DNA of 64,000 bases, taken from assembly GCF_036365525.1 (NCBI RefSeq), contig NW_027142325.1, positions 372,001-436,000 on the forward strand. The letters run 5' to 3'. Under the pieces are notes generated by a model. That model did not search any database, was not told the origin of the DNA, and was given only the letters and a program-made list of their open reading frames with translations. The position numbers and the translations under genes were made by a program. The DNA comes from Heterodontus francisci (Eukaryota). Shown here in pieces: positions 36,141-48,331 of this stretch (its first letter is position 1; each line of letters begins with the position of its first letter).

Positions 36141-39100
36141 ACAGAATCACAGAATCGTTACAGTGCAGAAGGAGGCCATTGTCTCCGCACTGGCTCTCTG
36201 AAAGAGCAATTTCCTCAGTTCCATTCCCCTGCCTTCTCTCCATAACCTTGCACATTCTTCCTTTTCATATAACTGTCTAATTCCCTTTTGAATGCTTCAA
36301 TTGAACCTGCCTCCACCACATTCTCAGGCAGTGCATTCCAGACCTTAACCACTTGCTGCAGGAAAAAGTTTTTCCTCATGTCACTTTTGCTTCTCTTACC
36401 AAATACTTTAAATCTGTGCCTTCTCATTCTCAATCCTTTCATGAGTGGGAACAGTTTTTCTCTAGCTACTCTTTCCAGACCCTTCATGATTATGAATACC
36501 TCTATCAAATCACCTCTCAGCCTTCTCTTCTCCAAGGAAAACAGTCCTAACTTCTCCAATCTATCTTCATAACTGAAATTCCTCATCCCTGGAACCATTC
36601 TGGTGAATCTTTTCTGTACTCTCTCCAATGCCCTCACATCTTTCCTCAAGTGCGGTGCCCAGAATTCAACGCAATACTCCAGCTGAGGACAATCTAGTGT
36701 CTTATACAAGTTCAACAAAACTTTCTTGCTCTTGTACTCTATGCCCTTATTAATAAAGCCCCAGACTCTCAATGACTTATGCACGTATATACCTAGGTCC
36801 CTCTGCTCTTGCACCCCCTTTAGAATTGTACTCTTTATTCTATATTGCCTCTCCATGTTCTTCCTACCAAAATGAATCACTTCACATTTCTCAGCATTGA
36901 ACTTCATCTGCCACCTGTCTTCCCCTTCCACCAACTTGTCTATGTCCTTTTGTAGTTCTACACTATCCTCCTCACAGTTCACAATGTTTTGTATCATCTG
37001 CAAACTTTGAAATTGTGCCCTGTACACCAAGGTCTAGGTCATTAATATATATCAGGAAAAGCAAGGGTCCCAACACTGATCCCTGGGGAACTCCACTACA
37101 AACATTCCTGCAGTCCGAAAAACATCCATTAACCACTGCTCTTTGTTTCCTGTCACTCAGCCAATTCCGTATCCATGTTGTTACTGTCCTGCTTATTCCA
37201 TGAGCTACAGGTTTGTTCACAAGTCTGTTATGTGGCACTGTATCAAACGCATTTTGAAAGTCCATGTACACTACATCAACAGCATTGCCCTCATCAACCC
37301 TCTCTGTTACCTCCTCAAAAAACTCTAGCAAATTAGTTAAACATGATTTTCCATTAAGAAATCCATGCTGGTTTTCCTTAATTAACTCGTATTTGTCCAT
37401 GTGACTATTGATTTTGTCCCAAATTATTTTTCCTAGAAGTTTTCCCACCGCTGAAGTCAAACTGGCTGGCCTGTAGTTGCTGGGCTTATCTTTACACCCT
37501 TTTTTGAACAAGGGAGTAATGTTTGCAATTCTCCAGACCTCTGGCACCACCCTCGAGTATAAGGAAGACTGAAAAATTATGGCCAGTGCCTCTGCGATTT
37601 CCACTGTCACTTCCCTCAATATCCTTGGATGCATCTCATCTGGTCCTGGTGCTTTATCCTCTTTAAGTACAGACAGCCTATCTAATACTTCCTCATTGTC
37701 AATTTTAAACCCTCTAATGTCTGACTTGCCTCCTCTTTCAACAATGCTTAGGTTGCATCTTCGTCCTTGGTAATGACAGATGCAAATTTAATACCTCAGC
37801 TATGCCCTTTAACTCCATGTGTAAATCCCCTTTCTGGTCCCTAATAGTCCCCACTCCTCCTTTTACCACCCTTTTACTATTTATATTCCTATAGAAAACT
37901 TTGGGATTCCCTTTAATGCTAGTTGCCAGTCTCTTTTCATGCTCTCTCTTTGCTTCTCTTATTTGATTTTTCACTTCCCCTCTGGACATTTTATATTTAG
38001 CCTGGTTCTCAATAGTATTTTCTACCTGGCATCTGTCACAAGCACACTTTTTCTTCTTTATATTAATCTTTACCTCTTTTGTCATCCAGGGAGCTCTGGA
38101 TTTGTTTGCCCTACTTTTCCCCATTGTCATCGACCGGTTTTCCTGCCAGCTTTTAACTCTAATTTATTCGCCCAACTCCATTCTTCTCCCATTGAAGTTG
38201 ATTATTCTTACTCTGGATTGCTCTTTGTCCTTTTCCATAGTCAGCCTAAACCTTATGATACAATGATCACTATCCCCTAAATGCTCTCCTACTGATACTT
38301 GATCCAATCGGCCCACCTCATTCCCAAGAACCAGGTCTAGCAGTGCCTCCTTTCTTGTTGGACTAGCAACATACTGTTGTAAAACATTTTCGTGAACACA
38401 CTCTAGGAACTCTTGCCCGTCACTGACCTTTACACTCCTATTATCCCAGTCTATGTTTGGATAATTAAAGACCCCCATTATAACTACCCGATAATTTTTG
38501 CAGCTCACTGGAATTTTCTTGCAAATTTGTTCCTCCACGTCCTTCCCACTAGCTGGTGGCCTGTAGATAACACTGAGCAATGTAACTGTATCTTTTTTCT
38601 TCCTTAGCTCTAGCCAAATTGATTTTGTCCTCGACCCCTCTGGGACATCCTTTTTCTCCAGCACTGCAACAGTTTCCTTCAACAATACCGCCACTCCTCC
38701 CCCTTTTTCCCTTTCTTACCTTTCCTGAACACCTTGTATCCAGGAATATTCAACACCCAGTCCAGCCCTTCTTTGAGCCTGGTCTCTGTTCAAGCCTCAA
38801 CATCACATTTCCACAAGGCAATCTGCACCTGTACCTCACTGGTCTTATTACCCACAGTCCATGCATTCACATACATGCACATTAACCCTGATTCAGACTT
38901 TATTACTTTCTCCCTTACGCTGACCCCACCTAATAATTTACTATTCCCGACTCCGAGTCGTGGATAGTGATGAGGATTGTCAGAGGATACAGCAGGATAG
39001 AGATCGGTTGGAGACTTGGGCGGAGAAATGGCAGATGGAGTTTAATCCGGACAAATGTGAGGTAATGCATTTTGGAAGATCTGATACAGGTGGGAAGTAT

Positions 39101-40700
39101 ACAGTAAATGGCAGAACCCTCAGGAGTATTGACAGGCAGAGAGATCTGGGCGTACAGGTCCACAGATCACTGAAAGTAGCAACGCAGGTGGATAAGGTAA
39201 TCAAGAAGGCATACGGCATGCTTGCTTTCATCGGTCGGGGCATAGAGTATAAAAATTGGCAAGTCATGCTGCAGCTGTACAGAACCTTAGTTAGGCCACA
39301 CTAGGAATATTGCGTACAATTCTGGTCACCACACTACCAGAAGGAAGTGGAGGCTTTGGAGATGGTACAGAAGAGGTTTACCAGGATGTTGCCTGGTCTG
39401 GAGGGCATTAGCTATGAGGAGAGGCTGGATAAACACGGATTGTTTTCACTGGAATGACGGAGGTGGAGGGGCGACATGATAGAGGTTTACAAAGTTATGA
39501 GTGGCATGGACAGAGTGGATAGTCAGAAGCATTTTCCCAGGGTGGAAGAGTCAGTTACTAGGGGACATAGGTTTAAGGTGCGAGGTGCAAAGTTTAGAGG
39601 GAATGTGCGAGGCAAGTTCTTTACACAGAGGGTGGTGAGTGCCTGGAACTTGCTGCCAGGGGAGGTGGTGGAAGCAGATACGATAGCGACGTTTAAGAGG
39701 CGTCTTGACAAATGCATAAATAGGATAGGAATAGAGGGATACGGTCCCCGGAAGAGCAGAAGGTTTTAGTTTAGGCAGGCATCAAGATCAGCGCAGGCTT
39801 GGAGGGCCGAATGGCCTGTTCCTGTGCTGTACTGTTCTTTGTTTTTTGCACTCTTGTTCTATCTATCTCCCCCAGTATTCTGTGCTCCTTGGTTTTCCTC
39901 TCTGATACTTGCTCCTGGTTCACACACCCCTGACAAGTTACCAGTTTTGCTTCCCTGCAATCTGAGCTCCCTCTCAGGTTCCCACCCCCTGACAATTTAG
40001 TTTAAACCTTCCCCCAACAGCACTGGCAAATCTCCCTGCAAGGATATTCGTCCGTCTTGCTCAGATGCAACCCGTCCATCTTGTACAGGTCCCACCTGCC
40101 CCAGAACAGGTCCCAATGCCTCAGAAATCTGATGCGTTCCCTTCTACACCAGTTCTTCAGCCACATGTTCAATTGCTCAATTCTACTATTCCTCTGCTCA
40201 CTTGCATATGGGACTGGGAGTAATCCTGAGATTACTGCTTTTGAGGTCCTGCTTTTTAGTCTCCTTCCTAGCTCCCTAAAATCTGCTTTCAGGACCTCAT
40301 CCCCCTTCTTAACTATGTCATTGGTACCAATGTGGACCACGGCCTCTGGCTGTTCACCCTCCCCCAGAAGAATGTCCTGCAGCCGCTCCGTGACATCCTT
40401 GACCCTAACACCAGGGGAGGCAACACACCACCCTGGAGTCATGTTTACTGCCATAGAAACGCCTCTCTGTTCCCCTAACTAATGAATCCCCTATCACTAC
40501 TGCTCTTCCACTCTTCGTCCCCCCATTCTATGCAGCTGAGCCACCTGTGATGCCACAAACTTGGATCTGACTGCCACTCCTCTGAGGAATCATCACCCTC
40601 ACTAGTATCCAAAATGGAAAACCGATTAGCGAGTGAGATCATATCAGGGGACTCCTGCACTACCTGCCTGGTTCTCTTAGATTGCCTGGCGGTCACTCAT
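36141..40700 (-). mobile_element. CR1 LINE (CR1-C) inside the inner LTR element
   Basis: Esterase ORF1 40002-40696 (VVHIGTND, DGLHL); APE 38164-38694; RT 36215-37634; tail (cacagaat)n. Confidence 0.88.
38950..39848 (+). mobile_element. 5'-truncated CR1 (CR1-D) inserted in CR1-C
   Basis: WQMEFNPDKC, DLGVQV, TRGH, FFTQRVV; tail ctgtactgttctttg. Confidence 0.88.
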
Positions 40701-42195
40701 TCTTTGGGGTATGGGGTTACTCTCCCTTTGGACACAATATCCTGATAACATTCAGGGATCTCGTTACATTTTCCTGTACCCAGAGCAGACTGTTTCCTGG
40801 GACTTACTGCTGTTGCAATTAAAGCCACAGCCTGCTCTGCTGTGCTTTCCATCAGGGTCCCTTTTCCAGCACTGGGCAGGTGTGCCCTGATTAACCTTAT
40901 AGGCTTTCCCCTAAGCTGCAACTGGACTCGCTCTGTGCACTTTTTGTTCCTCCACATGGGTCTTTATAGAAAGAGGGAGAGAGTTTTTCAATTCCTCAAG
41001 TAGAATCAACTCTCTGAGGTTTTCATACGTGGGCTGCACTTTAAGGGCCCTTAACCACTGGCCAAAAAACAGCTCCTTACTGCTTTCAAACTCGAGGTAA
41101 GTTTGATCAGCTTGTTACCGGAGGGTTCGGAATTTCTGGCAGTACGCTTCTGGTACTAGCTCATATGCCCCAATGATAGCATTTTTAGTCAATTCATAAT
41201 TTAATGAACCAGCAACAGTGAATAAACCTTTTCCTGTTAGCTTGCTTTGTCGCTGGAGGATCCAGCTCTTTGCCGGCCATTTCAACTGTCTCGCAAGCTT
41301 TTCAAAAGTTACAAAAATGCTTCCACATCCCCCTCATTGAAACTTGGGATCAATTGGGAGAACTTTATGAGCTCAGCACATGGTCCTGAGTTAAGTGCAG
41401 TCTCCATATTGGCCATGCTTTCACTGGCCCCACACTGCCCCACCCCACCCCACCCCCAGCTAATTCAAGCCGCCGTAACTCCCTATCTTGCTGCTCCTTC
41501 TGGAAAATTCTCTCTCTTTCTTCCTGTCTTCCAATTCATGTTTCCTTTGTTCGAATTGTGTCCTAGCTAACATTACCTTGTCTGAGTCTGACTCCAACCC
41601 TGTCTCCGAATCTTCAGGTTCGAGTGAAAAATGGTTGGCCACAAGTCTTAGGATGTCGGATTTCTTACCTCTTGCACGGAAAGTAATCCCAAACTGCCCA
41701 GCCACATTTTTCAACTTTTCCACTTATAGGGCCTTTATCTTATCCCAAGTTACTTCATCCTGGCTTGGGAAAGTACTGGCCTCGGATGCGGAGATGTTAG
41801 TATTCTAGCAACACAAACCACAAGAAAACCTGTATTGATTTTTTTTTTGTTGGGATCAATTTGGTTTCTCACTTCCAATTTCTCGTTTGTCTGTGTACAA
41901 TGCCAGACTAGAGCCCCCAAATTTCTGTTACGACCAGGTGAGGAAGGGGTCTCAGACTCCCCTTTTGCCCCTTCTCTGGGTTGACCACAGCAGGGTTTAT
42001 CTTTTTTAACAGAGATTTAACTTACCACCTCAGTGAGCGCTTACTCCTGTTCCTCTAATATATTTGCAAATGAACCAATCAGACAGGTTTTCTTTCTTGA
42101 GTTTAAACAAGAAAGATGTAAGTTTATTAACCTTATCACTCTAAACCGGTTAAAATTACTAAAATACGCTATGCATCCATACCCACATTCACACA

Positions 42196-42345
42196 NNNNN
42201 NNNNNNNNNNNNNNNNNNNNNNNNNNNNNNNNNNNNNNNNNNNNNNNNNNNNNNNNNNNNNNNNNNNNNNNNNNNNNNNNNNNNNNNNNNNNNNNNNNNN
42301 NNNNNNNNNNNNNNNNNNNNNNNNNNNNNNNNNNNNNNNNNNNNN
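42196..42345. other. Assembly gap (150 N) within the inner element's LTR at a (CA)n tract
   Basis: Run of N; the homologous position in the partner LTR is (CA)n at ~35171-35195. Confidence 0.97.
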
Positions 42346-43672
42346 CAGAGTTGGGAGGTTGGAATCGAGTCCTTTATAAATGGAATGTAAATACTGAGTC
42401 TCAGTCCCAGAGTTTTTAGTTGAAATTGCAGTCCTGAAGATCTCGCTGGGCCATGTGCACGGGTCAGGCTGGTTACTCAGGTTCTGGAAGGCAGGAGAGA
42501 GACTTTATCCTTGTCCCCCGGTTGCTGACTGTAAGGATCTGTAGACTTGTCTTCCACCAGACGCAGATTGAGGCTTCTCAGGATCTCTACTAGAGAGAGA
42601 GAGAGAGAGAGACAGAGACAGAGATGCTGTTCCCTTGCTGGATCCCAGTGACTGTCTGACTTCTGAGTCACCAATCACAAATCTCTTGAGTGGGCCAAGC
42701 AGTCATGTGATGTGACCACCACTTTATGTCTGAATCAGCATCTTCCGGAATGATCTTTGAAATTCAGGGCTCTCCTCCTAGCTGTTCAGACATACTTGGC
42801 AGGGGAGATTTGACTCTTTCAATGTCAATGGGTGTCGATGGCTTTTGATGACCCCTCATTGATAAGGTCATCCCAGATAAGTGAATCAGAGAGCACCCCA
42901 TTGTTCTGACTAGCTGAGTAATCATATCTGTCTCCAGACTGATTCTTTGGTATTTCATATGCAAATTGTGCTTGGCCATCTGGGCTGCTAGCTGTTCAGT
43001 TTTTAAAAGTTATTTGTAACAATGTCCAGTACAAGTCTCAGGCCAAGTTCCATGCGATAAAACTAATATTTCCATTTGGCATGTGGGATTTCCATCACAG
43101 GGTTTTCAAATCTTCAATACTTAATCAATTTAACTTATCATGTGACATGTCTCCTGCTCTTCTGCATGAAATGCGTCCTTTTGTTTCTCGCACCCGAGAA
43201 AAGAAATGAATGATATGAGAAAACCTGTTTGTTCAATTTTCACAGTTTTAGAGATCCATTTTCCTCCCATTTCCAAATATTTTATTTAAGCAGTTCAGAA
43301 TCCCAGCTTTGAGCCCCCATTTTGGTATGGACAGGTGGTAACTTGTGTGGGTGGCTTCCAATTTTCACCTCCCAACTGATTGCGATTGTGTTTTGTTAAA
43401 AATGGTGCATTTTTAGGGCCAAATAAACTGACAAACGATAGTTTTCTTGTAGGTTAAAAAAACACCTATTTTCTTTGGAACAATTCCTGAAATGGTCGCA
43501 ACCTTCACCCACTCGCACATTCACACATACACAAGAATAGATAGAGAGAAAAAGGTCGGATGCATTTAAAGTCCAAGGTAATATAAAACTTTGTGGATTA
43601 CAGAATGCTGTTGAATCATCTGGGGAGAAAAGTCTTCTTTTAAAGGTACAGGCCTGGTTGTCTGCTTGCTCT

Positions 43673-43987
43673 TTATTTATTTATTTAGAGATACAGCACT
43701 GAAACAGGCCCTTCGACCCACCGAGTCTGTGCTGACCGACAACCACCCATTTTATACTAATCCTACATTATCCCCATATTCCCTACCACATCCCCACCAT
43801 TCTCCTACCACCTACCTACACTAGGGGCAATTTACCTATCAACCTGCAAGTCTTTGGCTGCGAGAGGAAACCGGAGCACCCGGCGGAAACCCACAGGGAG
43901 AACTTGCAAACTCCGCACAGGCAGTACCCAGAACTGAACCTGGGTCGCTGGAGCTGTGAGGCTGCGGTGCTAACCACTGCACCACCC
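43673..43987 (-). mobile_element. HE1-type tRNA-derived V-SINE
   Basis: tRNA-like head (gtggttagcaccgcagcctcacagc..gggttc), V-domain ggaaaccggagcacccgg..gaaacccac, (taaa)n tail; same family as 63259-63543. Confidence 0.82.
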
Positions 43988-43989
43988 TA

Positions 43990-44128
43990 AATGAACTTAA
44001 TTCAATTAATTAATTAATTGAATTTAAATTCCACCAGCTGCCATGTTGGGATTTGAACCCATGTCCCCAGGACATTAGCCTGGACCTCTGGATTGCTAGT
44101 CCAGTGACATTACCACTACGCCACCATC
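43990..44128 (-). mobile_element. 5' fragment of a tRNA-head SINE (same family as 47652-48025)
   Basis: Minus strand ggtggcgtagtggtaatgtcactggactagcaatcc...gggttcaaatcccaacatggcagctggtggaattt. Confidence 0.7.
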
Positions 44129-45859
44129 TCTCCATTTTTTCTCTCCATCTTGCTGAGGTGTTGTACAGTTCTATTGGTTAAAACTCAGCCCAAGGTTGGT
44201 GGTGTGAATTTGGTTTACCTTCACAGATGGAGAGTCTTAAAGTCACTTTGTAATTTCTCTGCTGTAATGGTTGTTCAGTTCTTGCTCAGCAGGGTTCTGC
44301 TTAGCTGGATCTCTCTCTCAGCCTCTGGCTGGAAACTGGCTTTCGGTGGTCTTGTCTGGATCTTCCTCTCTCTCCAGAGGGCTACCAATTAAGGTCAAAA
44401 TCCATCACATTTGACTTTCTGTTAGGTGGTGCATGGCCCTGTTCCCTGGTGTGAGCACACAATGGACCAGGATGTAGAAACCATGGCTATCTATTGACGT
44501 CTGAATGGGAATCATTCTGTTATAATGATGCTACTTAACTCATTCATTTTGGTTTGGGCTGTGAGTCAGTCTGTCTTCTGAACCTTTTGTTAGTTCATGC
44601 AGGTAGATAGGAGTCATCAATATGCAATGGGTTCTCCCAGAGCTATTTCAGATGAAGTTAACAAGTTTAACCCTCCACAGACGGAACTGTGTATTGTCAA
44701 CACAAGAGGGGGTTCACGTGATCACTACTCCATATTGTCTGTGCAATAATTGTCCTTGTTCTTGTGGTTCAGTGTAAAAGTTGACTTTTTATTTTCATAA
44801 TTCCTCCAATTCATTGTTTATTTCAACACAGCTCCTTCCAAGCATGTGAGGAGAGACTGAAGAAGCTGGCATTGTCCCCTTAGAGCAGAGAAGGTTGAGG
44901 GAGATTTAGTCGAGGGGTTTAAAAACATTGAGGAGTTTTGATAGCGTAAATCATGAGAAACTGTTTCCATTGGCAGGAGGGTGATATTTTCTTACAGAGT
45001 GAGTTCAGATGATCTGGAATGCAGTGACTGAAAGGCTGGTGGAAACAGATTCAATACCAACCATCAAAAGGGAATTGGATAAATACTTGAAGGGTAAATA
45101 TTGCAGAACCATGGAGAAAGAGTAAAGGTGTGGGACGAATTAGATATCTCTCTCAAAGAACCAGCACAGGCATGATGGGGGAATGGCCTCCTGTGCTGTT
45201 TGATTTTATTTATAAAATAATGGATAGCTGGAAGTGAATTACAGCCTAGAATCTAATCGAGAGTTCTGGGGATTGAAAATCCTGTCCTGTTACACTGACA
45301 GTGGGATATTGCTCATCAGACACAGCGCTCTCTGATGACCTCAGGATTTAATACAGGATCAGCTCATTTACATACGGAACAACAAATAATATAATGGAGG
45401 TGTTTTAGATGATGGAAGTATTTAACAATTTCCTCTGGTGGGGGAATTACAGAACAAGGGAGCATAACCTTAGATTTATAGTTAGGCTGTTCAAGGGTTA
45501 TGTCAGTAAGAACTTCACACAAAGGGTGACGAGACATTTCCTGCGACACTTGCTGAGACATTTGTTAATAAGACCTGCCTGTTTGAAGTCTGTGCCATGA
45601 AATTTATTCATGTAGTGTTGCCTCTTGTGGTGCTCTGCAGGCTGCCCTTGCTTCCCGGAGACAGGCAGTCCCACAGGTCACTACCTGTGTGACCCCATGC
45701 CCCGTTCTTCATTGATATGTGCGCAAGCAGCAGCATCCCCTGCCAGGGCCTGAACACGTTGAATTGGCACCATCCTGAAGACAACTGGCTGATGTAACGT
45801 CAGGATTCCAAATTTGAACAGCCCAGATCCTGGTAACGCTGAATTGTCCACTCCTGAGC

Positions 45860-46108
45860 AAAGAAGCAAGATGGACTCTACAGCAGCTCCCCTGCTCTGC
45901 TTCAAGTAGTGCAGTGGGATCTTTTACATCCACCTGAGAGCAGACAGGGCCTCGAGTTAACGTCTCACCCGAAAGACAGGACCTCCAACAGTGTAGCACT
46001 GCCTGAGTACTGGACTGGAGTGATTTTGTGCTGAAGCCTCTGGAATGGGCATTGAACAGACAGCTTTCTGATTGCAAAGTGAGAGTGCTACACACTAAGC
46101 CACAGCTC
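45860..46108 (-). mobile_element. Deu-domain SINE remnant (SacSINE1/AmnSINE1-like)
   Basis: Minus strand tgagacgttaactcgaggccctgtc...gatgtaaaagatcccactgcact resembles the Deu core; head gctgtggcttagtg. Confidence 0.65.
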
Positions 46109-46109
46109 T

Positions 46110-47190
46110 CACTATAAAGGGTTAGCATAACTTCCCTGCTTTTGTAATCTATGTCACTATTTATAAAGCCCAGGATCCCATATAATTTTTAAAGACCATT
46201 ATCCACTTCTCCTGCCACTAAGACAGATTTTTATATAGAAATGCCCAAGTCTCTTGTCCGAGCTGGAAGTGAATTACAGCCTAGAATCTAATCGAGAGTT
46301 TTGGGGACTGAAAATCCTGTCCTGTTGCACTGACAGTGGGACATTGCTGTTCAGACACAGCGCTCTCTACAGCCTCTTTAAAATTGTATTTTTTGTTATA
46401 TTGCCTCTCCTCATTCTTCCTTCCAAAATGCATTATTGCACACTTCTCGGAATTAAATTTCATCTGCCATGTGTCTACCCATTTTACCAGTCTGTTTATG
46501 TCCTCCTGAATTCTTTACCATTCCCCTCATTTCTTTGTTTCGTGTCATCTGCAAACTTTGAAATTATGCCTTGTATACCAAAGTCCAGGTTATTACTTCA
46601 TCAAAGAACTCAATCAAGTTGTCAGAAATTATTTGCCTTTAACAGATCTGTGCTGGCTGACATTTGTTAACCCATATTTTTCTAAGTGACAACTAGTTTT
46701 GTCTTAGATTATTGTCTGGAATAGTTTCTCCCCCACCCCACAGCCCCCAATCTACCCACTGACATTAGGCTGACTGGCCTGTAGTTATTAGGTTTATCCC
46801 TCTCCTCCTTTTTGAACAGGGGTGTAACATTTACAACCTGCCAGCCCTCTGGCATCACTCCCATATTGAAAGAGGATTGGACGATTGTAGCCACAGCTTC
46901 TGCTATTTCCATCCTTATCCCTCAGGAATCTAGGATGCTTCCCACATCTGGTCTGGGTGACTTTCCTACTTTGGACACTGCTAACCTTTCAAGTACTTCC
47001 TCTTTATCTCGTTTCTCCGAGTCAATTTCTCTACTACCTCCTCCATTACTGTGACACCGGCAGCTTCCTCCTATTTTGGGGAGAAATGTTCATTCAGTAC
47101 CTCAGCCATGCCCTCTGCCTCCACACCATTTATTTTCTGGTCCCTAATCACCAGAACCTTTCCGCTGACTATCCATCTACTATGTTTAGA
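46110..47190 (-). mobile_element. Decayed CR1 RT fragment
   Basis: MKFNSEKCAIMHFG; NVTPLFKK..NYRPVSL. Confidence 0.75.
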
Positions 47191-47214
47191 AAGGACTTTA
47201 GTGTTCCAGATGTT

Positions 47215-47650
47215 TATGCTTGTTGGAGGCCAATCATCTCAGGCCCAGATGCAGGAGATCCTCAGAGTAGTGTACCAGGTCCAACCATCTTCAGCTGCTT
47301 CATCAATGACCTTCTCTCCATCATAAGCTCTGAAGTGGGGATGATCCCTGATGATTGTGCAATGTTCAGCACCTTTTGTGACTCCTCAGAATCTGAAGCA
47401 GTTCAAGCCTGCATGTAGCAAGACATGGACAACATTCAGGCTTGGGCTGATAAGTGGAAAGTAACATTCGCACCACAGAATTGCCAGGCAATGACCATCT
47501 CCAACAAGAGAGAATCTAACCATCAGCCCTTGACATTCTACAGCATTACCATCGTTGAATACTCCACCATCAACATCCTGGAGGGATTCAGAAGAAACTT
47601 AACTGGACCAGCCATATAAATACTATGGCTACAAGAATAGATCAGAGATT
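47215..47650 (+). mobile_element. LINE RT fragment (same subfamily as 30655-31997)
   Basis: PQSSVPGPTIFSCFINDL; NIQAWADKWKVTFAP. Confidence 0.78.
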
Positions 47651-47651
47651 G

Positions 47652-48025
47652 AGGGTGACAGTGGTTCAGTGGTGCTGTCACTGATGTAATAATCTAGAAG
47701 CCCAGGCTAATTCCCCTGGGGCATGTGTTCAAATCCCACCATAGCAGCTGGTGGAATTTAATTTCAAATAATTGAAAAGAATCTCAAAATAATTGCCACT
47801 TTCAAGAATGGTGCCATAAAACTATTATCACTTGCCATTAACAAAAACATTTGGTTCACTAATGTCCTTGTCTGGCCTATAGGTGACTGCAAACCCACAG
47901 CAATGTGGTTGACTCTGAACTGCCCTCTGAAATAGCCCAGCAAGTCACTCAATTGTCTGGGGCAATTAGGGATGGGGAACAAATGCTGGCCTTGCCAGTG
48001 ATGCCCACAGGAATTTAAAAAAAAC
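47652..48025 (+). mobile_element. tRNA-head SINE with a LINE-derived 3' tail
   Basis: B-box-like gttcaaatccc; 3' end gggcaattagggatggggaacaaatgctggccttgccagtgatgcccaca matches the LINE tail at 31931-31985. Confidence 0.75.
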
Positions 48026-48331
48026 TTTATGTTACCCACTTATATTTTCTCATACATTCTCTTTGTCTTCTTTCCTTTTTCAGGTCTCCCAAACACTTTC
48101 AGTACTGACTCTCTATGTATAATGAATCAGACATTGATCATAAACCTTCTTTTCCTGTCCCATTTTAAACTCAATATCTTTATTCATCCAAGAAGCTGTA
48201 GTATTGGATGTTCTTCTTCCTTTCGCCATCCTAGGAATGTTTTTAGCCTGTACCTGAAATATCTCCTCATTAAAGGCCCCCATTGCTCACATTCTGTTTC
48301 ACCTGTCTATCTTGGTTTTGAACCCATCAAC

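Larger units (their letters stand above)
34897..43099 (-). mobile_element. Inner LTR retrotransposon with paired LTRs (34897-35953 and 41926-43099), PBS-Pro and gag, no visible pol
   Basis: Both LTRs begin tgttacgaccagg and end tcaca; PBS gagccccca at 41911; gag ~41810 to 40700; flanks aggt/gggt; splits outer gag LSIEDLK|..AAQVGVTFKQK. Confidence 0.87.
17953..44849 (-). mobile_element. Outer Gmr1-like Gypsy LTR retrotransposon, decayed and heavily nested
   Basis: Related LTR ends at 17953 (tgttacagacaggtggtaag) and 43323 (tggtatggacaggtggtaac); PBS-Pro gagccccca at 43311; gag pieces ~43100-43190 and ~33400-34896; integrase ~21200-23400; RT ~20190-21100; candidate TSD GGAG (17949-52 / 44850-53). 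Confidence 0.75.

Noticed and set aside
45321-45360. RSS-like heptamer cacagcg (also ~46356)
   Set aside because: No acaaaaacc-like nonamer at 12 or 23 bp spacing and no adjacent coding segment
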